DNA from: Intoshia linei
Lineage: Eukaryota > Animalia > Orthonectida
Direction: 5' to 3'
Length of the DNA stretch: 64,000 nucleotides
Assembly (NCBI GenBank): GCA_001642005.1
Contig: LWCA01000044.1
Span: forward strand, 1-64,000
Numbering within the stretch: the stretch's first letter is position 1; each line of letters opens with the position of its first letter. The notes below the pieces were generated by a model. It ran no database searches and was not told where the DNA came from. It worked only from the letters and a program-made list of their open reading frames with translations. Of this stretch, positions 54,779 through 64,000 are shown in pieces. A program made the translations under genes and the position numbers.

Positions 54779-55381
54779 TTGTTAATCATAGAAACATATC
54801 AACATTGATTATTGGTTAAATCACCAAGATTTTGTTTATCATCTTTTTAAAATGCATTAAACCAAAACAAATGTATTGCTAACGGAAATAAAAATTTAAC
54901 TGTGCGTAGTACAAATTAATCAATGATATGAATGATTATAAAAATATGTGAAATTCTAAATCATTACAATTGTAATGACATAATAACTAATAATGGCGTA
55001 GAGTACCATTATAATATTGTATAATATACAAATATTAATATATTGAATATCTGATTTTTAATTATTTATTATTAGTTTATATATTAATTTATTTTCTAAA
55101 ATTATGCAAAAAATTTTTTATAATAATTTAATTGTAGTATAGCTATAGTTTATTCTTTGAATGTATTTATATAATTCACTTTTAATAACTTTTGAATTTC
55201 ATCAAAAACTCAATTTACGCCATAAACATAATACAATGTAAAACTTTTAAAACACCTTGTGAATTATGATATACTGTATACGGCTCTAAATCTTGAGAAT
55301 TAATTCATACCTAACTATTATACATGCATTGAGTTAAATTAAGTAACTTGGTTAAAATAAACACTAGTATACTCGTTAAAC

Positions 55382-58300
55382 ATGATAAACGATATTCTTC
55401 GGATAAAAATTATCAGTATTGGCAATATCAGTTCCGGAAAAGTAATTTAATTTCAATTACTATTTTACTATATTTTTAGAGTTGTGTTATTAAGCGATTC
55501 TGTGAAAAACGGTTCGTTTCTAAATATATGCCAACGATAGGAATTGATTATGGAGTGACGAGGTTATATAATATAATTAATGTATTATTATTAAAATTTG
55601 AAAAATACACGCGTGTTCTGTGTTTGTTACCATTTAGTTATAAAACTAAGAATGTTACAATTTAAAACTATATAATTTCTAAAAGAGATTATTCCAAAGA
55701 GTGTTTTATCGCAACTTTCAATTTTTGAAATTTACTTATTTACGGCAAAAAATGTATTTTACTATTTTTTGTCATTTTTAAAATATATCCTTCCCAGCAA
55801 TTTTGCAATTAATGTAAGCCTGTCTAGATGAATAAAGTTCATTGAACGTACATGTATAATAACATAATGTATAAGTTTTAGAAATTTTTATATATGATGC
55901 AGATTCCCAAGACCCGTGATTGGGAATAAATGTAATTTAATAACAGAAATTCAATCTGAATGAAAAACCCACGACCAGAAAACTCCATCTATCTTTTAAT
56001 TCAGAATTATGTAGTCTTAATGAGTAATGGCAATTTAATTAATTTTTAATAAATAAATGTAATAATTATGATTATCATTTTATTCAATAAAAAATGGGGT
56101 CTACTTAAATCCAACCATTTTTACTAAAAATCCAATTTTATCAACCCTTAAGGGAAAAACCCACTTTTACAAATTCTTTAGGGAAAATTCCACTTTTATC
56201 AATGCTTAAGGGAAAAATCCATTTTATCAATCTCTAAGGGAAAAATTCATTTTCACAAACCCTTAAGTACAAATTCCAATTTTATCAAGCTTTAAATGAA
56301 AAATTCCAGTTTTACCAACCCTAAAAGAAAAAATGCAGTTAAGGTTTTAACCTTTTAGGGTTGGTAAAACCGGATGTTTCGTTTTTGGGTTTGTAGAGGT
56401 GGGTTAATCCCTTAAGGGTTGGTAAAACTGGATTTTTCCCTTAAGGGTAAGTAAAAGTGGAATTTTCATTTTTTAAGTCTAAATAAATGTAAAAATTGTT
56501 TTTTTAACTCATTTTCCATCATCAAGTTGTTCGACTTAATTGACGGTTTTGATTGACCTAATATTTCGTATATTCCTATATTCGAGTTGCGCTCAGCATT
56601 TTAAATATCCTTTTGAAAATAGTATATAAAAATTTAAATTTACCTTTATTTTTTTGCAAAAACAACATTGTTGTAGGTTGTCATAGTTTATATTTTATGG
56701 TATCAACACCCACGCTTAACTATGCAATTCAATTTTTAAAATTTGGTTCTAGCTCAATTTTTGTGGTTTTTATCGACATTCAAATATCGGATAGATTGAA
56801 AATTTTATAAACATTATTCCATAAATAACTGAAATTTGAACGTCCATAAAAACCACAAAAATCGAGCTAAAACCAAATTTTAAAAATTGAATTGCATAGT
56901 TAAGCGTGGGTGTTGATACCATAAAATATAAACTATGACAACCTACAAAAATGTTGTTTTTGCAAAAAAATAAAGGTAAATTTAAATTTTTCTATACTAT
57001 TTTCAAAAGGATATTTAAAATGCTGAGAGCAACTCGAATCGGCATCTTTGCAACACCCCATTCTAGATTATTATATATATCATGATAATACACCATTTAC
57101 GCATTAACCGCCCTTAATTCTTTGATGGGTGTGACACCCTAATGGAGATGGAAATTAGAAATTACATTACTAATTACATATCTATGGCAGCAGTTGAAAC
57201 TTTTTTGTAATAAATTATTATTAATCAAATGTAAAAATCACAATACTTGATGTTCTATTTATTGAAATAAAATATAATTTTAGTATATAGAGCTTCTACT
57301 GTATATTATTTTCCAAAATTGTTGAAACTTTCATAGTTTCTCAAAAATAAAAAAATGAAATATTTACAAATAAATTCGATTTCTTTTTCAAAATTTTTTC
57401 GACAATGACGGTCTCTCCAATCTGTATTAAACATAAAAAATCCAGAAATGTATGTGTTGATTTAGACGGGCTTAAATCAATGGCAAAATTTCTGAAAGGG
57501 GGTATAAATGTAATGTTTACACAAACAGACAAACGCTTTTACAAACTTTTACACTTTATATGTAATAATTCAGTTAATTTAATTTTAATGTAGATTGAAT
57601 TATGATGGTAAAGAAATTAGAGTAAATATTTTTGATATGTCTGGCAATCCATATTATCATGAAGTAATAATTTAAAAAATGAATTAAACATTTCACATTG
57701 TAACAAAACGTTTTATGTAACTAGACCTAGTTTTAATAATAGCATACCATAATTTTATTTCTTCGGTCTGAATTTATGGTTTGACTAATGTTTATCACAT
57801 TGAATTTATCAATTATAATTATAATTGCTATTGGTTCTAATTTGTTAACAAATTGAAAGTAAAATGGTACATATTAATTTGAATATTTTAGATAAGAAAC
57901 GAATTTTACGAAAATACTCAGGGGATAATGCTATTCTATGATGTAGCAAACCGGAAATCTTTTGAAAGTTTGAATCAATGGGTAAAAGAAGCCAAAGGAG
58001 AAATCGATAGTGAAGATTTGAATAGTACTGCATTAATCGTTATAGGGAACAAAGTAAGTGTGTTTTTAAAATGCAATTTTTGTGTAGGTAGATAAAAACA
58101 GAATGGTATCAAGGAATGAAGGTGAATGTTGGGCATCACGTTATAAATTTCCGTATTTCGAAACTTCTGCTAAAAGTGGAATTGGAATAAACAACGCATT
58201 TAATGTAATTAGAATGAGTCTAATCTGGATTTATCTTCAATGATTATTATCAGAGCCGAACCTACCCAGCTCGACACCATTCCTCAGGGGTTCGAAAAAA

Positions 58301-60622
58301 ATTTTGTAAAATGGGGCCTTCGTGTTTTCACATTGAGCATTTAAAAAAATATTTTTAAATATCATAACTGTGAAATCCTGGCAGAACAGAACCTATCAAG
58401 CTTGAGGTCACGCGAAATAGAAAATAATGTTGCATATTTTTTTACAAATGATTAGTTGTCATAGAGATCATACGCAACTATCCAAGACTATTGACTTAAT
58501 ATTTTAAATTTAATACACAAAGTAGTTATGATATTTTAGAATCTAGTATATATTTTTTAATATTCAACTTGTAAAAATGACGCCCATTTTACCAAAATTT
58601 CGTCGAGGCCCTGGGTAGCTACTAGCTGGGCTTATATATTACTACGAATTGAGTGCATCAAATTAATAAATATTCGAAGCTCGAGTATGATATGTTCTAC
58701 TCTGGTAATTATGAAAAATAAAGTGATAATTTATATTCTGATATTGTACTACAGGGTGTACCATTTAGAACAGTGCACTTGTTAAAAAATTTCATATTAT
58801 GAGTGCACTGACGAAATAAAGAACAAATCAACTGTATAAAAACAAGTTCATATTAATTTTTTGAAATGTTAACCACGAGTGAAAGAATATTTTTTGTTTA
58901 GCTATTAATCGAGTTTAAAACATGCCATACTTCATTTATATCCATGAATTGGTTAAATCAAAAATTCGACGAAAAAATAATATCAAAAAGTATATGGTCA
59001 CCAAAGTCTATTGAACTAACGCTATGTGATTTTTATTTGTAGGGAACAATAAAATCTAAAATTTATAAAAATTCCCCTTCAAATATAGAATCCGGAAAAA
59101 CCAATATCATTAACAGTATTAACTCAATTAGCACTCAAGAATTATCTAATGTTTACAACAATTTCCTTAAACGCATTCATTTATGTATCCAATCTGATGG
59201 TGGTCATTTTGAACAGCTATTGTGAATTAAATAATTTTAAGTTTCTAAATTTTTCCTAAATACGTTAGATAAATATCCAAATAATTTTATTATTGAGCAA
59301 ATTTAATTGTTACAGTCAAAATGTTTTTTGATAAACTTGTTATTTTCAAGTGCAGTTTTAAATGGTAGACACTGTACTAAAACATAAGTCAAATGAGATT
59401 ATGCCTGCATGAAATAGCCAATAATCCCATTATAAGATAATTATTGAGTAAATTTTTAAATAAATATTATACGACGTAGTCGATTTTTTCAAGGGGGTGT
59501 TGAAAAAATATATTACTAAAAAGGGGGCGGTAGACCAAGTAAGTTTGGGAACCACTGATAAAGAGTATTTCTTATATAATTATGAGAAACCAGTCCATTT
59601 AAAAACTATAAAGTTTTAAATAAACGACCATCGACGTGTACTAAGCAAACTTAATTATTGGATATGTCTGAGAGTAACACCCTAATACACATAATCAGGA
59701 CCGTGAAGAGTCAATAGTGGGCCTTGGAAAGATGAAAATGCTATCCCTCTATACAACATTTTTAAGGTTCCTATATTAAATATTTAATCCAGCGGGTTAT
59801 AAACCTTTTTTCAGTGTTACTTTCTGAAGTAAAAACATTTCTAAAAGAACGTATTAATTTTCAAGTGTTTCCCATGACGACATAGTCGCCGCATATGGCC
59901 CATCTCTAAACGGCTCTGCACATAATATAATGTAACCATAATTCATACTTATAGTGTATCATTAAAATTATTATTGACAAAATCAAAGCTGACATACAAG
60001 AAACGATACCTGGAAGTTTAAACGCCAAACCAGCCTATTCTGATGAACAAATACGAATAATAAGCAGAATTATAAATAAATCCACTTCAAACCTTCAAAA
60101 ATTGGGACTACAACATGGTGCCACAATGTAAATTTATTGAACTTTTTTTCGCGTACATTGTACAACACTTTTGATGTGCTGTTTTTTTATCAGAAAACTC
60201 ATTTTGTGCGTGGATGTATTTTGCCTTTTGATGGAGCACCAACTAAAAATTATCAATACATTTATCTTTATCTCAACACAAATTTGATTTTAGGGTAAGC
60301 CCCATCGCAAATAAAAATATGACGGTTACATCATTGAAAATTTTTAGAATGCTTCACTATTTTCTAGGACACATTATCCACTGTGACCAGGTTAGCAGAG
60401 GGTGAGAATTAGAACCGATCATGCGATATTATCAACTCATATACACAATTATTCAAAATTAAATCATTGTCATAAAAGATAATTAAATTTAGACAAGAAA
60501 TTAAACGAGCATACAGAAAACTGGCCATACTTCTTCACCCTGACAAAAGTTTAGCACCGCGAACTGCAGAAGCGTTTGATCAATTAACCAATGCTAAATC
60601 ACAACTTTTGAATGATTTTTAA
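55382..60622 (+). CDS. DNAJC27: Rab-like GTPase plus J-domain protein (RBJ)
   Basis: Seven exons give LRIKIISIGNISSGKSCVIKRFCEKRFVSKYMPTIGIDYGVT..VNIFDMSG..IRNEFYENTQG..GNKVD..FETSAK..IKRAYRKLAILLHPDK; all junctions GT-AG and in frame. Confidence 0.95.
56107..56470. repeat. ~30-bp minisatellite with internal inversion
   Basis: About 8 copies of AAATCCA(C/A)TTTTATCAACCCTTAAGGGAA followed by about 4 reverse-complement copies. Confidence 0.88.
56580..57039. repeat. Long near-perfect inverted repeat (foldback element)
   Basis: Arms of about 205 bp (56580-~56787 and ~56831-57039) are reverse complements with few mismatches around a ~45-bp spacer. Confidence 0.95.
58752..59374 (+). mobile_element. 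Internally deleted Tc1/mariner-superfamily element
   Basis: TIRs CAGGGTGTACCATTTAGAAC..GTGCACTTG / CAAGTGCAGTTTTAAATGGTAGACACTG, TA TSD; transposase C-terminus WSPKSIELTLCDFYL*GTIKSKIY..CIQSDGGHFEQLL. Confidence 0.9.
59696..59918. mobile_element. hAT-type MITE (CAGGRCCGTGGAGAG family)
   Basis: Ends CAGGACCGTGAAGAG / CTCTAAACGGCTCTG with a perfect 8-bp TSD CACATAAT; related 5' ends near 33306, 49586 and 52864. Confidence 0.85.
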
Positions 60623-60730
60623 ATATATATCATGTAAAATAAAACTTGATATAATTATAACAACGAGACTTATTGATTTATTATTGATTATAATAATCTC
60701 ATATAAAACGTTAACAAATTACAAAACGCT

Positions 60731-61863
60731 ATGAACAATTTTGAAAATATTACCAAAATTGGCGAAGGAACTTATGGAACAGTCTACAAATGTTTGTGGA
60801 TAAAATGTAATAAAATTGTGGCTGTAAAAATGGTTAATCTTTTGGACGATGAAGTATTAAAATGGCCAATATATTTATAAAATTAATAGGGCATTCCAAG
60901 TTCTGCATTTCGGGAAATTTGTATTCTACATGAACTAAACCATGAAAATGTTGTGCGGTAAGTCAAAATTACATTAATATAATAAATTAGTCTTTACAAC
61001 GTAATCACCAATGTGGAGCAACTACTTATGGTGTTTGAGTATTGTACATTGGATTTGAAAAATTATTTTGATCAGTTGGAAAGTCCTATATCAAAAGATT
61101 TAGTCAAGGTAAATACCATCAATACTATAATTAGATTGATAGCAATTTATGTATCAACTCATGTGCGGATTAAATTACTGCCACAAGATGAATGTAATAC
61201 ACAGGGATTTAAAACCTCAAAACATACTTCTTGATAAAAACTATAACATAAAATTAGCCGATTTTGGTTTAGCACGGGTTTTTGGCTTACCAGCAAAAGC
61301 GTATTCATCAGAAGTAATAAAATTAAATAATAAAACTTGATATAAATAGGTTGTAACATTGTGGTATCGACCGCCAGATATTCTATATGGAGGAAAGATG
61401 TACTCTACAGCCATAGACATTTGGTCAGCTGGATGTATATTTGCTGGTAATTATTTTATACTTCTTACGATAGTCTAGTTTTTTAAAGAAATGAGCAATT
61501 CTGGAATAGCAATATTACCTGGAAAAGATGTAAATGATCAATTAAAACGAATATTTAAGTATTTTTACAGTTTAAGCATTACTATAATTTTAAGGCTTTT
61601 TGGTACACCTACTCAGAAAACATGGTCAGATATGATTTACTTGAATGAATATAAATCATTCCCGTCGTACAAGACTAATGTCAGATGGAATCAAATTGTA
61701 CCAGAATTATGTTCAAATGGCATAGATTTATTGCTAGTATAACTAACTTATATTAGATTTATTTTATTTTTAGAAACTCATGGTATGTAATCCTAAAAAT
61801 AGAATTTCGGCCCAGAAATCTTTGAATCATAAATACTTTGAAAGTTATAAAAATCAATTATAA
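60731..61863 (+). CDS. CDK5: Cyclin-dependent kinase 5
   Basis: [67 protein letters not shown]; eight exons separated by seven 33-42-nt introns. Confidence 0.92.
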
Positions 61864-61866
61864 AAT

Positions 61867-63992
61867 TTATTTTTTTTTTGTTTTATACAACTTTGCTTCA
61901 TATTGAGCCAAAGACATATAATTTGTGATTTTAGCAAAAGATGCAGCATATTTTGAAGTAGATTTAGGTACTACATTGCTGGCAGATACTTTTAATAAAT
62001 TAATAATATCTGCATCGGGGGGTTCAAAAGTTTTTTTCTTTTTCTTTTTACGTTTTTTATTTGACTTTTGCAATGGGTCAATTTCACTGTTATCAACTTT
62101 TAAAATAATTTCTTCAGTTGGTGGAAAAGAAGGAAAATCTTTATTAGTCATCATGAATGGTTCAGCGACATTATTTTTTTTGATTTTAGTCGCTATTTTT
62201 TCTTTTGGTTTAAGACTAAATGTACAGGTATTGTGTAGTGTGATTTTCATTATTATCGAAATATTAATTCATAAACATGTATAACATTTAACTTTAAAAT
62301 AGGATTAGTAACTGTAATATGGATAATTTAAAGATATGCACAAAATTACGACGCATAGTATAAGTTAAAATTTGGTAATAAATAAAATAATGATTGGGGG
62401 AGAAATTTAAAAAAAATTCAAAAAATAAAATTTAATTATAAAAAAGTTTGAGAACCACAGCTCTATAAGTTCTTTTTAATGACTATCATAAACAAAAATT
62501 CACTTGCCAATTTCATTTTTTTACTAATTAGAAGTCAATTGATTACGTTTTTTATCAAATTTTTAATAGATCCCAGTGTTAGAGTCATAATGTTCTATTT
62601 GAATTTTTGATGAAAAATGTTGCCAATTATATCTTACATTTTATCAAAAAAAATAAGCTTGAAAACGTATTATTTATGAGATAACTTCATCGTGTATTAT
62701 TCACAAACTCATAATAACAAGAAATATAATAATTTAATGGTTTTTATTTAAAAAATTAAATTCCGTTAACAAGTGTACTATGGGAAAAATTTCATATTAA
62801 CGAAATTTCCAATCCCTGGTAAGGACTTAGAATTTACCATAGATTCCTTAAAAAAATTTAAAACGGAAGTAATGTAATATAGCGCTAGCCACATTTCTCC
62901 GGTTTGGACTTATGTTTAAATTTGACACTCAAAACAGTTAATTATTTTAATATAATAAATTAAATATGGATACCAAGAATTATTCCATTTTGCTAAACAT
63001 TAATAAATTAAAATAAATGAATTTCATACGTGTAGGTTTTTCTGTGCAAAGTGAAGGAAATTCGCTATAGAATAAATTATTTTTTTGAATAGTACTATAA
63101 GATGGATTTTCACTATTAACCCTCCATTGACCGCGTAAATTTATTTTGTTATGAGTGGATAAAGAAGCTGATGAACTAGGAGTTTTGACACAATTGGATT
63201 CAATTTTCTTTTTTTCGCCAATAACAAAATCAAACTCATCTTCATTTTTTTGAGATTGACTAAACCTGAGTTGGTGAAGTGACGGAAAATCTTGTTCTGA
63301 ATATTCATACCTGGATGGTGGATCACTAAATACTTTAGTTGTGACTGGTTGATACATCTCATTATTATAAATGGTTACACCTGGAATAAGATTGGTTGGT
63401 TCAGTAGGTGTAACTGTACTTGAAAATTTAAAAGTTGAATATTCAAGTCTTTGTTTTTGAGAAAGCTTATCTGAATGACATTCTATTAAATGACAGTGAT
63501 AATCATTCTGAGTTTGAAATACATTGGAAAAATGTTCCCTTTCACAACCATCAAGGCTACACATGTAATGTTTTGAACTAAAATGTAATTTTAATTCTTC
63601 ATATGACTCAAAGAAGGTAACATTGCTTTCAGAAAAATCACAAATAAAGCAGTTGAAATGATTTCGCCGATTATGTTGTCGATAATCATCTGAATCAAAA
63701 AGTTCTAAATTGCAAAATGAACAAAATCTATGGCCCGATAACTTGTCATTATAATTGAAAGTATGATCACGTAGTTCCTTTCCAGTGTACAGTTCATGGA
63801 ATCGAGGGAAAATTTTAATATGGTCGACACAAGTCTGACAATATGAACGATTATGACATTGCATGTGTTTCATTAGCGCGGGCATACTGCTAAAATCTTC
63901 CTGGCAAAAAGTACATTGATATCTTAATAAAAACAATAATTTGCTTTTGCTCCATTCATCCAAATGTATTCCGCAAAAAATCATTAAGTTTC
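61867..63992 (-). CDS. ZNF598: E3 ubiquitin ligase ZNF598/Hel2-like, 3' part (5' end outside the window)
   Basis: C2H2 array typical of ZNF598 (YCQTCVDHIKIF, GHRFCSFC, HFNCFICD, HFSSKHYMC..C) and repeated (D/E)FPS(L/F) motifs, one of them in the 62250-61867 ORF assigned as last exon. Middle exons unresolved. Confidence 0.82.
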
Positions 63993-64000
63993 CTAGATTT

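Noticed and set aside
56107-56470. Regular ~30-bp repeats resembling a CRISPR array
   Set aside because: Units are contiguous and degenerate with no unique spacers, there are no cas genes, and the context is a eukaryotic intron.

Overview
Very AT-rich, compact animal (metazoan) nuclear DNA, not prokaryotic. Genes are split by GT-AG introns of two kinds: micro-introns of about 33-43 nt, and longer introns packed with transposon debris. I spliced the genes by hand. Recognisable genes in order: a PAR-type bZIP factor, an E-protein/daughterless bHLH factor, a Shisa-like single-pass membrane protein, Dopey (DOP1), asparagine synthetase, TMEM222 (absent from the ORF track), PIG-Q, STK36/fused, DNAJC27/RBJ, CDK5 and the 3' part of ZNF598, plus a few orphan ORFs. 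Mobile DNA includes a full-length but dead DD34D mariner, other Tc1/mariner and hAT remnants, many MITEs with visible TIRs/TSDs, a dispersed Helitron-like repeat, foldback minisatellites and a ~460-bp near-perfect palindrome. The style resembles a reduced parasitic invertebrate genome such as the orthonectid Intoshia linei (inference only). Best leads: (1) the asparagine synthetase has non-animal motifs that I recall from giant-virus AsnB, so it is a horizontal-transfer candidate; (2) extreme gene packing, with convergent stop codons 3 bp and 42 bp apart and co-directional gaps of 69 and 108 bp; (3) a 12-bp motif placed symmetrically in a divergent promoter; (4) the long intronic hairpin. I found no rRNA, tRNA or CRISPR array and cannot demonstrate a wholly new system from sequence alone.
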